From Rhodanobacteraceae bacterium (lineage in GTDB: Bacteria; Pseudomonadota; Gammaproteobacteria; Xanthomonadales; Rhodanobacteraceae), in assembly GCA_035253005.1 (NCBI GenBank), contig DATFCO010000220.1:1-45224 (forward strand): 45,224 nt of DNA. The letters run 5' to 3'. A program made the translations under genes and the position numbers. Of this stretch, positions 34,093 through 43,150 are shown one piece after another (the first letter of the stretch is position 1; the number at the start of each line of letters is the position of its first letter). A model generated the notes under the pieces. It made no database searches and was not told where the DNA came from. It saw only the letters and a list, made by a program, of their open reading frames with translations.

Positions 34093-35154
34093 CTATTTCG
34101 CCTCCGACTTCGTTTGCCAGTCGATCGCGATGATCTTCCATGCACCGTTGATGCGCTTCAGTTGCATCGCTTCGTGACTACCTACCGTGACGGGCTTGCC
34201 TTTGGCCGTGGCCAGGATTTCGTTCTCCGTGACCACTTGTGCGCGATCGCCTGATTCGGCGGATACGCGTGACAGCCGTTTGACTTGCGCGTTCTTGAGA
34301 AAGGCAATGTCCTTTCCCAAATGATGCGAGGCGTACTCGGCGCGGCTCTGGCTCGATCCGTCTTCGCTGATGCGTGCGTCATCGGCCAACAACGCCAAGG
34401 CTGCCTCGCGACCGCCGTTTGCGAGCGCATCCTGGAAAGCTTGTGCCGCGACTTCGGCTTGCGGCGAGCCGCCAGGCTTCAGTTCGGCGTTGGATGCCGC
34501 ATTCCCCATGTTCATGCCGGTCATCGATGCAGACATGGACATGTCCGGCGCGCTGGCGCTGTCGTGTTGGTTTTGACGCGCATCGGTGTCGCCATGATGG
34601 TGGCTGTGACTATCGCCTTCATCCATGTCCATGTCTTCGTCCGGCGGCGCCTTGGCAACAATGTCCTTGTATTGCTGCGGCGTCATGCCCGGCAGCTTTT
34701 CGATAAACGCGACCATGCTCCAAATGGTTTGGTCGTCGTGGCTGCCGCCCCAAGCCGGCATCGCGCTCATCTTGATGCCGTGCTTGATGACCCAGAAGGC
34801 GTCCTGCGGATCTACGTGCATCTTCGACAGGTTCGGAGGCTGCGGATACATGCCCTCGCGCAGTTCCGAGTTCTCTACGCCCGGCTGCAAGTGACAGCTC
34901 GTGCACATCGCGGCGTACTGGCCCGCACCTTTCAGGATCAGTTGCGGATCGTCAAGATTCGGCACCTTGATGTTTTCGGAACGCACATGGATGGAACGGT
35001 CGCGCACCGTCTGCATGGCGCTGTAAGTGAGCGACCAGTGATGATCGTCGGCGCCGATGTTGTACAGACCGGAATAGCCAAACAGCGCCAGCACTATGGC
35101 GATCAGCACCAGGACGGCAACAACGACGATGACGTGTTCGGTATGTCTTTTCAT
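34093..35154 (-). CDS. Membrane-anchored c-type cytochrome fused to a Met/His-rich linker and an NTF2/SnoaL-like domain (CopM-like position)
   Basis: 353 aa from the ATG at 35154. N-terminal TM anchor, one heme motif CTSCH with distal MPAW, linker DEDMDMDEGDSHSHHHGD...MSMSASMTGMNMG, and a C-terminal ~120-aa NTF2-like region. Confidence 0.75.
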   Translation of the reverse strand: MKRHTEHVIVVVAVLVLIAIVLALFGYSGLYNIGADDHHWSLTYSAMQTVRDRSIHVRSENIKVPNLDDPQLILKGAGQYAAMCTSCHLQPGVENSELREGMYPQPPNLSKMHVDPQDAFWVIKHGIKMSAMPAWGGSHDDQTIWSMVAFIEKLPGMTPQQYKDIVAKAPPDEDMDMDEGDSHSHHHGDTDARQNQHDSASAPDMSMSASMTGMNMGNAASNAELKPGGSPQAEVAAQAFQDALANGGREAALALLADDARISEDGSSQSRAEYASHHLGKDIAFLKNAQVKRLSRVSAESGDRAQVVTENEILATAKGKPVTVGSHEAMQLKRINGAWKIIAIDWQTKSEAK

Positions 35155-35167
35155 GCGATTTGCCTTC

Positions 35168-36487
35168 TTAAAACCAGACATGGAGACCGGCGATGAATTG
35201 CAATTCGCCGGCATGTTGACCTTGTGCGCGCGCGAAGTCGGCCGTGCGCCCATAGCGCTGCCGCCAAACCACGCCGACGTAGGGAGCGAATTCGCGCTTG
35301 AACTCGTAGCGCAGGCGCAACCCGAGCTCGACATCCGAAAGACCCGAGCCGATGCCGCGTTGCGGATCGTCCTTGCCGTACAGATTCACCTCGAACTTCG
35401 GTTGCAGCACGAGGCGCTGTGTCAGCAATTCCTCATACTCGAATTGCACGCGGGCCGCGGTGCGACCGTCTTGGCTGAGGTAGAACGTGCCTTCGGTGTC
35501 GAACCAGTAGGGCGCCAAGCCCTGCACGCCGAAAGCAGCCCAAGTGCGGTTCGGTCCCTCGCCGAAGTCCTCGCGCAAGCCCAGTTGCGTGCCCCAGTAG
35601 GTGCTGATGGCGTGATTCCACAGCGCTTCCGTGCGCAGGTCTTCGAGTCGGCCATGCGTGTATTCGCCCTCAGCCTTCAGCCACAGCTTGTCGAAGTCCT
35701 CGCCGTACCAGAATTCGCCATCGAGGAACACGGCGTTGTTGCCGTGGTTGTCATGCGCATATTCGAACTGGTCGAGCAGCAACATGCCTTCCTTGGCGTG
35801 ATCGGACATCTCCATGCCGGACATGTCGGTGTAGCGGTAACCGTCCGAATAGTCCGGACTGCGCGCGTCCGGTGGCGCCTTGCCGCCCTGCATGGACGAC
35901 ATGTCCATGCCCTGCATGGAATTCATGTCCATGCCATGCGAACTCTCAGCGAGTCCATCGGGCATGGGCCGAGTGCCGATCATGTTGCCGTTGTCCAAGC
36001 GCTGCATTTCCTTTGGTTGCGAAGGTTGCATCGGCATCTGCTGCGTGCCCGGCATGCGCTGCATGGAAGACATGTCCATGCCCTGCATTTCCGTTCCCGG
36101 CTGCGCTGAAGATGGGGCAGGTACCGGCGCCGCTTGGGAGGGGGCGGTCTGCCGAGGCATTTGCATGCCCGGCATGGAAGACATATCCATGTCGTGCATT
36201 GCATGTGCGGAGCTTGCCGGAGCCGGCGCGGCGGTGTGGTTGTGCTGTTGTTTCTTCGGTTTGGCCGGGTGCGCAGGCATCTGCATGCTAGGCATAGAGG
36301 CCATATCCATCCCATGCATGGTTTGCGAGGACGAGGCAGATGCCGGCGCCGATGAAGACTTTGCCGGTTGCGACATCTGCATGCCTTGCATGTCATCCTG
36401 CGCCATCGCCGGGGCTGCCAGCATCAGACCAAACGCAACTGCCGTAACGCGGGAGCGCTTCGCGGAAAAAGAAATATTCTCGTTCAT
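35168..36487 (-). CDS. copB: CopB/PcoB outer-membrane copper resistance protein
   Basis: 439 aa. Signal peptide, Met-rich repeats, a C-terminal beta-barrel region ending ...HVWF. ATGA-coupled to copA. Confidence 0.9.
   Translation of the reverse strand: MNENISFSAKRSRVTAVAFGLMLAAPAMAQDDMQGMQMSQPAKSSSAPASASSSQTMHGMDMASMPSMQMPAHPAKPKKQQHNHTAAPAPASSAHAMHDMDMSSMPGMQMPRQTAPSQAAPVPAPSSAQPGTEMQGMDMSSMQRMPGTQQMPMQPSQPKEMQRLDNGNMIGTRPMPDGLAESSHGMDMNSMQGMDMSSMQGGKAPPDARSPDYSDGYRYTDMSGMEMSDHAKEGMLLLDQFEYAHDNHGNNAVFLDGEFWYGEDFDKLWLKAEGEYTHGRLEDLRTEALWNHAISTYWGTQLGLREDFGEGPNRTWAAFGVQGLAPYWFDTEGTFYLSQDGRTAARVQFEYEELLTQRLVLQPKFEVNLYGKDDPQRGIGSGLSDVELGLRLRYEFKREFAPYVGVVWRQRYGRTADFARAQGQHAGELQFIAGLHVWF
35880..36390. 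repeat. Imperfect tandem repeats encoding M(H/Q)GMDM.SM(P/Q)-type motifs inside copB
   Basis: At least five copies of catggaNgacatNtccatgcc-like units are visible on the plus strand. Confidence 0.7.
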
Positions 36488-38286
36488 GCCGTCACCACTT
36501 CGCGGAACATGCCCGCTTCCATGTGGTAGAGCAGATGGCAGTGGTAGGCCCAGCGACCCGGGTTGTCGGCGGTTAGCGCATAGGTCACGCGCTGAGCGGG
36601 TTGCACGTTGATGGTGTGCTTGCGCGCGATCACCTCACCGTGCTCGTTTTCCAGTTCACTGAAGATGCCGTGCAGGTGGATCGGATGATTCATCATGGTG
36701 TCGTTGACCAGCACGATCCGCAGCCGCTCGTTGAATTTGAAATGGATGGGTTGAGCGTCGGAGAACTTCACGCCGTCGAACGACCAGACGAAGCGTTCCA
36801 TGTTTCCCGTGAGATGCAATTCGATCTCGCGATCGGGTTTGCGTAGATCGGTTGGGCCTTCAACGACGTGCAAATCGGCATAGGCCAGCACCCGGCGGCC
36901 GTTGCCGCGCAGGCCGACACCCGGATCGTCGAGATCGGTACGCGGCATATCCACGTGCATGTCCACGCCGGGGTTGCCGTACTCGGTACGGGCGTGGTGG
37001 GCCTTGACCATGCCGCCCATGTCCATCCCGGACATTTGTTCGTGCTGCATTCCCGGCATCGATGGCATGCCCATGCCAGACATCGCGCCTTGATCCATGC
37101 CCGGCATGTTGGACATTCCGGACATGCCGTGGCTTTGGGCCATCGCTCCCATCATGTCGACCATCGTCAGCGTAGGCACCGCGTCCATCGTCGGCACCTC
37201 GGCTTCCGTGCTTGGCCGAGGGCTGAGCGTGCCGCGCGCATATCCGCTGCGGTCGATGGATTGCGCGAAGATGGTGTAGGCGCGGTCTTCCTGCGGCTGC
37301 ACGATCACGTCGTAAGTTTCCGCGACCGCGATGCGGAACTCGTCCACCTGCACCGGGTACACGTCCTGACCGTCGGCCGAGATCACGCTCATCTTCAAGC
37401 CGGGGATACGCACGTCGAAGTAGCTGTTCGCCGAGCCGTTGATGAAACGCAGCCGCACGCGTTCGCCCGGCTTAAACAGGCCCGTCCAGTTGCCAGCCGG
37501 CGGCACACCGTTCATCAGATAGGTGTAGGTGAAGCCGCTTACGTCGATCACGTCACGCGGGCTCATGCGCATGCGGTTCCACATCTGCCGCGCCTGCAAG
37601 GCGCCGCGCAAGCCCAGCATCGAGGTGTCGCGCAGAAAATCAGGCAACGTGAGCTGGTTGAAGTTGAAGTAGTCGCTTTGTTTTTTCAGGATCGCGAAGA
37701 TGCGTGCCGGATCGAGATCGGTCCAGTCGTTGAGCATCACTACGTAATCGCGATCAGACGGATTGCGTTCGCCGTTCGCCGGCTCGATCACCAGTGGCCC
37801 GTACGGGCCGTTCTGTTCCTGAAAGTGCGAATGCGAGTGATACCAGTAGGTGCCGCTCTGCTTCACCGGAAAGCGGTAGACGAAGGTCTCACCCGGCGCG
37901 ATGCCGGGAAAACTGATGCCCGGCACGCCGTCCATATTCGCGGGCACGATGATGCCGTGCCAGTGGATCGAGCTTTGCACCGGCAATCGGTTCGTCACGC
38001 GCAGCGTGACGGTGGTACCCTCGCGCCAGCGCAGGATCGGCGCGGGCAATTGACCATTAATGGTGTGCGCAGTGGTCGGATGTCCGGTGAAGTTGGCCGG
38101 CGTCGGTGCGATGTCCAGATCGAACTCGGTGCCGGAGAGAACGCCCGGCGGGCGCGTCTGCGCCGACGATGATCGTGACCAAACGCCCAATGCGGCGGCA
38201 GCGCCACCGAGCGCTAGGCCCTGCACGAAACGGCGGCGCGAAAACATCGGCGACGAGTCCGTGCCGAGCGGATAACGACCCTTCAT
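36484..38286 (-). CDS. copA: CopA/PcoA multicopper oxidase (Tat-exported)
   Basis: 600 aa. Tat motif SRRRFVQG. Copper-ligand boxes HWHG, YHSHS, HPIHLHG and HCHLLYHM. Internal Met-rich loop. GGGAG RBS before the ATG at 38286. Confidence 0.93.
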   Translation of the reverse strand: MKGRYPLGTDSSPMFSRRRFVQGLALGGAAAALGVWSRSSSAQTRPPGVLSGTEFDLDIAPTPANFTGHPTTAHTINGQLPAPILRWREGTTVTLRVTNRLPVQSSIHWHGIIVPANMDGVPGISFPGIAPGETFVYRFPVKQSGTYWYHSHSHFQEQNGPYGPLVIEPANGERNPSDRDYVVMLNDWTDLDPARIFAILKKQSDYFNFNQLTLPDFLRDTSMLGLRGALQARQMWNRMRMSPRDVIDVSGFTYTYLMNGVPPAGNWTGLFKPGERVRLRFINGSANSYFDVRIPGLKMSVISADGQDVYPVQVDEFRIAVAETYDVIVQPQEDRAYTIFAQSIDRSGYARGTLSPRPSTEAEVPTMDAVPTLTMVDMMGAMAQSHGMSGMSNMPGMDQGAMSGMGMPSMPGMQHEQMSGMDMGGMVKAHHARTEYGNPGVDMHVDMPRTDLDDPGVGLRGNGRRVLAYADLHVVEGPTDLRKPDREIELHLTGNMERFVWSFDGVKFSDAQPIHFKFNERLRIVLVNDTMMNHPIHLHGIFSELENEHGEVIARKHTINVQPAQRVTYALTADNPGRWAYHCHLLYHMEAGMFREVVTA

Positions 38287-38400
38287 GTGAAACTCCCGAA
38301 TAGCGCATTACGCGCTGGATAAGATCAAGACGCGCGCTGACCGCGAGGCGAGTCGCATACACGCGCGTGGACGAGCGGCGCGAGGCGCCGCGATCGGGAG

Positions 38401-38811
38401 TCAGGCGATGGGTGGTCGCAAGGGTGGCGCGGATTGCGCCAGCGCCGGTTCGGAGTGGATCAATGAAAGTGCGGGGTCATGTGCCGGCTGCACCGGTACG
38501 CCAAGGTATGGTACAGCGGCAATGGCGCTGCACAAGGAAGCACAGTAACAACCGCCGTTCTGACAGCAACCGTGTTCGCTGCCAGCCGGATGCGCCGGCA
38601 CTGGATGGTGCGATGTGCGCGACGACATGTGCATCATGCCCATGCCATCGCAATGCGATTTACTCGCGGTTGTTGGTGCGTGCGCAGCGGGCACACCGAT
38701 CATTGCGATCGGATGCGCGAACGCGTTAAACGCCAGCGCACTCCACGCCAAAAGCGCCAGTGCCAGCAGGCTCCGAAAGAGACCTGAACGCGGGTCGAGC
38801 GAATGCCTCAT
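38401..38811 (-). CDS. copL: CopL-like Cys/His-rich protein upstream of copAB
   Basis: 136 aa. N-terminal hydrophobic segment, SHCDGMGMMHM, GCCQNGGCYCASLC, and a Pro-rich tail ending PPLRPPIA. Position matches copL in Xanthomonas copLAB. Confidence 0.65.
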   Translation of the reverse strand: MRHSLDPRSGLFRSLLALALLAWSALAFNAFAHPIAMIGVPAAHAPTTASKSHCDGMGMMHMSSRTSHHPVPAHPAGSEHGCCQNGGCYCASLCSAIAAVPYLGVPVQPAHDPALSLIHSEPALAQSAPPLRPPIA

Positions 38812-38880
38812 GCCACCAGCATAGACTGGTGTCGGCCAATCCTCAACTTCAGTCCCGAAGATGACCGTGGCCCGCTGCGA

Positions 38881-39897
38881 TTACTTAATTACCCGATCGC
38901 GATTGCGCTCCTCCATCAACTTCTTGGCCTTCGCAATGAAATGTTCGCGTTCGGTCAGCGCCGAGGGCATCGCGCTCACAAACTGCTTTATCTCCTGAGC
39001 CAAGGCAACCTGCCCGGCCTCCTCGAACGCGGCGGTGAGCATATTCCAAGCGCGGAGAGTTTTTCGTTGCCGCTCCTTCGCGGTCTTCGCAAACGACGAC
39101 GCTTCGTCTTTACCCGATGTCAAAGTCTTGACCGCTTGCTGCAACTTCCACTGAGTTACTCGCGACGCGCGCCTCGCGTCCATATGTCGAATTTCCTGGC
39201 GCTGCCCTTTTTGGACCACGCCACGCATGCGACGCGGGGTGGCTTCCGCGGCTATCCCGCGGGCACGCAGTTCAAGAGCAAAAGCATCGCGCCACGCTTG
39301 CAAATCGTTTTTGCGCGGATCTAACCGTTGTCCGTTGCGGCCTCTAGTCAGCACGCTTAAATGGGCGTGAGGGTTCTCAGGTTGTTTCGGGTCGGTGCCC
39401 TGGCTGTGGTGCGCGAGCAAATAGTCGTGTTCGCCGCCGAAGTTTTTCCGGGCGAAGGCCCTTGCCGCTTCTGCGACGGCTCTGGGGTCTGTTCCTGACG
39501 GCATCGACAGAATCAGATTGATGGTGTCTCGCGCCCTGCCCGGACGGTCGACGCTTGCTTCACTCCACCATTCTTCAGCCAAACTGCGTACGTTCGCGGC
39601 GCCTGCAATCAAGGTGCCGTCTTCGCGCTCAGTGACGAGCTTGCCGTTGCGGGTGATATAGGCCAAGTGTTCTCTCAAACTGCGCCGCCCCCGCGCGCTC
39701 CCCGTGATTTTCACCATTACCTCTGGCCGACGACCGGCGACTCGTCCGATCCGACCCAGCGCTGCGTTCATCTGCTGCGCGCGTGACAACCCGGATTTTT
39801 GTGCACTGGACGATCGTCGCTGCTTCTTCGCCCGCACTGGTGTCTGAAAGACCAGACCCGCCGGGCCAAGCAGCAATTTATCTTTCGATTCAGCCAT
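38881..39897 (-). CDS. VirD2-like relaxase (MOBP-type relaxase/mobilisation nuclease domain)
   Basis: 338 aa. LREHLAYITRNGKLVTERE parallels the VirD2 Tyr motif, NLILSMPSGTD is motif II, and YLLAHHSQGTDPKQPENPHAHLSV is the His-triad motif. Overlaps the mobC stop by 8 nt. Confidence 0.82.
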   Translation of the reverse strand: MAESKDKLLLGPAGLVFQTPVRAKKQRRSSSAQKSGLSRAQQMNAALGRIGRVAGRRPEVMVKITGSARGRRSLREHLAYITRNGKLVTEREDGTLIAGAANVRSLAEEWWSEASVDRPGRARDTINLILSMPSGTDPRAVAEAARAFARKNFGGEHDYLLAHHSQGTDPKQPENPHAHLSVLTRGRNGQRLDPRKNDLQAWRDAFALELRARGIAAEATPRRMRGVVQKGQRQEIRHMDARRASRVTQWKLQQAVKTLTSGKDEASSFAKTAKERQRKTLRAWNMLTAAFEEAGQVALAQEIKQFVSAMPSALTEREHFIAKAKKLMEERNRDRVIK

Positions 39898-40444
39898 CCG
39901 AGCGGTGCGCGCGATAGGTGGCCCGGGTGATGGTGGCGATCATTTCACGGCGTAGCTGCTCGATCGCCTTGGCCAAGGCATCGAGTTTCAAATTGCTGAC
40001 GTCGAATTCTCCACTGCGTAGCAACCGGTGCGTGATCGTGTTGAGATTGCGACCCACGGCCGATAATTCGCGAATTGCGGCGCGCTGGACCTCCAGTTCC
40101 TCTCGGGCGAACGGTATCGCGCCTTCGAGACGGTACCGCAGCAGGCGCACAATCCATGCTTGCGCGGAATAACCCTCGGGTTCCGCCAAGGCTCGGATGG
40201 CTTGGATTTCGGCTGGCCGCAAGCGCAGCGAGAGCTTTCCGCTCTTGCCACCCTGTCCACCTCGGATTCCCGCCTCGGACGCGGCGAGCTCACTGCCACG
40301 GTTGCCGGTAATCACCGCGACCGCCATCCGCCGCAGAAGCATTGACTCGCTCAGACCTTCTGTTTGTGCAACAAGCCGAAATCGATCCTTGACCGTCCGG
40401 CTGCAATGCGCTTTCAGGTTTGGCACGACGGCTTCTCGACACAA
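39890..40444 (-). CDS. mobC: MobC-family relaxosome accessory protein with RHH-like repeats
   Basis: LSAVGRNLNTITHRLL is the MobC signature. Two RHH-like segments. TTG start, so the exact start is uncertain. Confidence 0.7.
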   Translation of the reverse strand: MCREAVVPNLKAHCSRTVKDRFRLVAQTEGLSESMLLRRMAVAVITGNRGSELAASEAGIRGGQGGKSGKLSLRLRPAEIQAIRALAEPEGYSAQAWIVRLLRYRLEGAIPFAREELEVQRAAIRELSAVGRNLNTITHRLLRSGEFDVSNLKLDALAKAIEQLRREMIATITRATYRAHRSDG

Positions 40445-40456
40445 TTAGAGTCGACG

Positions 40457-40535
40457 GGAATGGGCCAAACGTGGGCGCCATCCCTATCCTGCACTAGCCC
40501 ATTCCTCCTCGAGAAAATGTCAGCATGCTGACATT
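40457..40535 (+). other. Candidate oriT with RP4/Ti-type nic core
   Basis: 9-bp inverted repeat GGAATGGGC (40457-40465) and GCCCATTCC (40497-40505) flanks cccTATCCTGCac (core 40485-40492). A 20-bp perfect palindrome aatgtcagcatgctgacatt lies at 40516-40535. Located between parB and mobC. Confidence 0.5.
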
Positions 40536-40556
40536 CCGTTGCTCTTGGCGGCATCT

Positions 40557-41522
40557 TCAAATCCACTCGATGGATTGCAGTTTTAACGCGGCAAGCGGCG
40601 CGAAAAGGGAGCCGCGCTCTTCACTTTCAAGCCGCACTGAAGCCACACCGTCTATAAGCTGCTGGCAGTGATAATCAACAATCCAGTTTGTGCCGTCATA
40701 AAAAACGAAAATTCGGACCGGTGGATGCAGAGTCATCTGCTTCGATAGAGATGAGCGCTCAGCCAGTGGATTGTCATCGCGACTTCCACGCGTCGCTTTG
40801 ATCGCTTGCTGGGGTTCGGAAGCATCGCTCTTGCCCGTAGACGTAAGCGACCGCATTGAGCTGTCCAGTGAGCAAGACAATTGTGCCTCGCCCCTTGCAC
40901 GCTCGACCATTGAACGGCTGATCGACATTGAGGAGTTGAGAAGCGCTGTCGCAGCGGCTGGCCTCGCATCATGCAAACGATGCAAGTGGGCCAATGTAGT
41001 GATGTCGGTAATGCGGCCCTCTCGCAGTGCGGATACGATCGGCTCAGGCATGTTGTCCACTGCTGCGTACGCGGTGACCCAGGTTCGGCTCTTGCCGAGC
41101 GACCGGGCCAGTTCTGCGTGGGTCGTACCTGACGCCAGTTCAGCCGACACCACGCGGTAGATTTCCCAGTGCGTCAATTCCTGGCGCTGGATGTTTTCGA
41201 CCAACTGCGCGCGGGCGCTTAGATCATCGCGCACTATCACGTCGATCATCTCCAGCCTTAGCTGACGAGCCGCGCGCCAACGCCGCTCGCCGGCGATCAG
41301 CAAATAGCCGTCGTCGCGACCGCGTACTACCGGTGGCTGGATGATGCCGTTTGCGCGGATGCTCTCCGCAAGTTCATCCAAGGATTCTTGATCGAAGGTC
41401 TTGCGTGGCTGATTCGGGTCCGGGTGAATGACATCCACTCTGACCCGGCGAAGCCCCTTGCCTTCGTCCTGCGCCCGAAGCAACGCGCCTACGTCGCTCA
41501 AGGAAGAAAGGTCAAGCGCCAT
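40557..41522 (-). CDS. parB: ParB-like partition/nuclease-domain protein
   Basis: 321 aa from the ATG at 41522 (GGAGG RBS). DPNQPRKTFDQESLDELAESIRANGIIQPPVVR and LIAGERRWRAA are ParB boxes. Confidence 0.88.
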   Translation of the reverse strand: MALDLSSLSDVGALLRAQDEGKGLRRVRVDVIHPDPNQPRKTFDQESLDELAESIRANGIIQPPVVRGRDDGYLLIAGERRWRAARQLRLEMIDVIVRDDLSARAQLVENIQRQELTHWEIYRVVSAELASGTTHAELARSLGKSRTWVTAYAAVDNMPEPIVSALREGRITDITTLAHLHRLHDARPAAATALLNSSMSISRSMVERARGEAQLSCSLDSSMRSLTSTGKSDASEPQQAIKATRGSRDDNPLAERSSLSKQMTLHPPVRIFVFYDGTNWIVDYHCQQLIDGVASVRLESEERGSLFAPLAALKLQSIEWI

Positions 41523-42279
41523 GCGGCAGCCCTCCCATCCTTTCAATGAGGTGCGCAATGACCCCTTTCATTTCGCGGCCGGCTTCGCGAGCCGAAGTTT
41601 TTCGCATCGCCCAAACGGGCTTCTTTTCGCTCGCCGCCTCGCCAATGCTGGTTCTCAGCAGGATCGCTCTATGGACCACTAGCTCAGGGTATCTCTGCAG
41701 GAGCGAAACCAGATTTGCTTTCTGCGCGGGGCTGTGGGAATTCACCCGGCTGGGAAGCATGCCGATGACCTGCAACGCCGGGTTCAACTTCTGCCGGATG
41801 CCATAGATCGTCTTCAGCATGGCGGTAATGCCAGCGATGCTGTAGCTCTGCAACTCGATTGGAGAGATGACGTGAGATGCCGCCGCGACCGCGGCGAGCA
41901 TGCGCACCCCGAGTGCTGGCGCCGTATCGATCAGGCACAAGTCGAACTGCGCAGCCTCCGAAAAACTGCGGAGGTGATTGACGAACGTTGAAATGACTTC
42001 GGGTTTGGCGCGATCGACTTCGAGCAAGCCCGGATCGGCACCTACTGCCACGATGCCAGCTTCTCCTGGCGACGGTAGTTCAAGCGGCTTGGGTTCGAAC
42101 AGCGCTGAAGCAGGCACTGCGCTCGCGAACTCGACAAGACTGGCTGTCGTGTTCCGTTGTGGATCCAGGTCGATCACCAGCACGCGGTTTCCCGCTTCCG
42201 CTGCATAGTGAGCTATGTGCACGAGCAGCGTGGTCTTGCCGACGCCACCCTTTTGGTTGGCAATCACGAGCGTCTTCAT
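41512..42279 (-). CDS. parA: ParA/Soj-family ATPase
   Basis: The deviant Walker A NQKGGVGKTT and VLVIDLDPQ are both present. Confidence 0.9.
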   Translation of the reverse strand: MKTLVIANQKGGVGKTTLLVHIAHYAAEAGNRVLVIDLDPQRNTTASLVEFASAVPASALFEPKPLELPSPGEAGIVAVGADPGLLEVDRAKPEVISTFVNHLRSFSEAAQFDLCLIDTAPALGVRMLAAVAAASHVISPIELQSYSIAGITAMLKTIYGIRQKLNPALQVIGMLPSRVNSHSPAQKANLVSLLQRYPELVVHRAILLRTSIGEAASEKKPVWAMRKTSAREAGREMKGVIAHLIERMGGLPHGA

Positions 42280-42344
42280 GGTGTGTTCCAGCCGAGGGAA
42301 TGCAGTGTGGAGACAGGCCGCTGTGGATCAGCGGCATCGGCTGT

Positions 42345-42656
42345 TTATCTGGACGATGATCTCATCTTTTTGGGCGGTTCAACGACGATCAGAGAGCCCT
42401 GCAAGGGCCATTCGCCGGTCAGCTCAGCGATCTTCTCGAATGCCGCGTTTTCGGCTGCATACCAGGCGCTGACCGCCAGCACCTGCGGCATGATCTCCGC
42501 GATTTCAGCTTCGTCGTCGAGATCGTTGAGTTCTACCGTCGCTGCAAAAGCATCCTCGATGGTGACCCTGCGTTTCTCAAGTTCGGCCTCTGCGGCTCGG
42601 GTTGCGGCGGCGATCTGTTCGTCGGTTCCGGGCACGTACCAAAGCGAAAGCTTCAC
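42345..42656 (-). CDS. Small acidic hypothetical protein
   Basis: 103 aa from the GTG at 42656, with AAGGAG 5 nt upstream. Rich in E, D and A. No family recognised. Confidence 0.5.
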   Translation of the reverse strand: MKLSLWYVPGTDEQIAAATRAAEAELEKRRVTIEDAFAATVELNDLDDEAEIAEIMPQVLAVSAWYAAENAAFEKIAELTGEWPLQGSLIVVEPPKKMRSSSR

Positions 42657-42767
42657 GAGAACTCCTTCTGCCAACGTGCGCCCACGTACGAACGGCGCGC
42701 GCAAGAGGCAATTGTGTCAGATGGGCGGCGCTGGCAGGCAATCGGCCGCGCGCGTCGATGGCAGCGA

Positions 42768-42998
42768 TCAGGCGCGTTTCTTCGCATCGCGCTCGGCGAT
42801 GCGCTCGGCAATCCAGGTTTGGATTTCGACTGAGCTCCAGGCACTCGCCCTTTGCCCAATCTTTACAGGCTTCGGAAACTCGTCCCGGTCCATGCGCCGA
42901 TAGAGTTCGGAGCGGCTCAGTCCTGTATGCGCCTTTACTTGCGGAAGGCGCAACAAAGTAATTTCAGGAGCGATAGTTGCATCTGTATCAATCGGCAT
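42768..42998 (-). CDS. alpA: AlpA-family (HTH_17) regulator/excisionase-like protein
   Basis: 76 aa. LLRLPQVKAHTGLSRSELYRRMDRDEFPKPVKIGQRASAWSSVEIQTWI is the AlpA core. Confidence 0.85.
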   Translation of the reverse strand: MPIDTDATIAPEITLLRLPQVKAHTGLSRSELYRRMDRDEFPKPVKIGQRASAWSSVEIQTWIAERIAERDAKKRA

Positions 42999-43150
42999 CG
43001 CAGTGGTCCTTTCGCGCCCGCGCCGGATTGCGTGAGCGGCCTTGAACGAGGCGATGCCTACTATCTACATCTGTGCGCGGACTTCATCATGCGAACTCGA
43101 ACGATGGCTACGCAGCCGGCACGATATGTACGCAACCCGTTTAATGCATA

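Noticed and set aside
35096-36611. Plus-strand ORFs (337 aa and 243 aa) with Cys/Met-rich repeats
   Set aside because: They are mirror images of the copB Met-codon repeats (CAT read as ATG/TGC). CopB on the minus strand has a signal peptide, a barrel C-terminus and operon coupling.
36868-38172. 434-aa plus-strand ORF
   Set aside because: It is antisense to the multicopper oxidase gene. The shadow frame is rich in H, R and V.
40516-40535. 20-bp perfect palindrome as the parAB terminator
   Set aside because: No U-tract follows it on the minus strand. It is more consistent with an oriT or operator element, and is reported within the oriT candidate.
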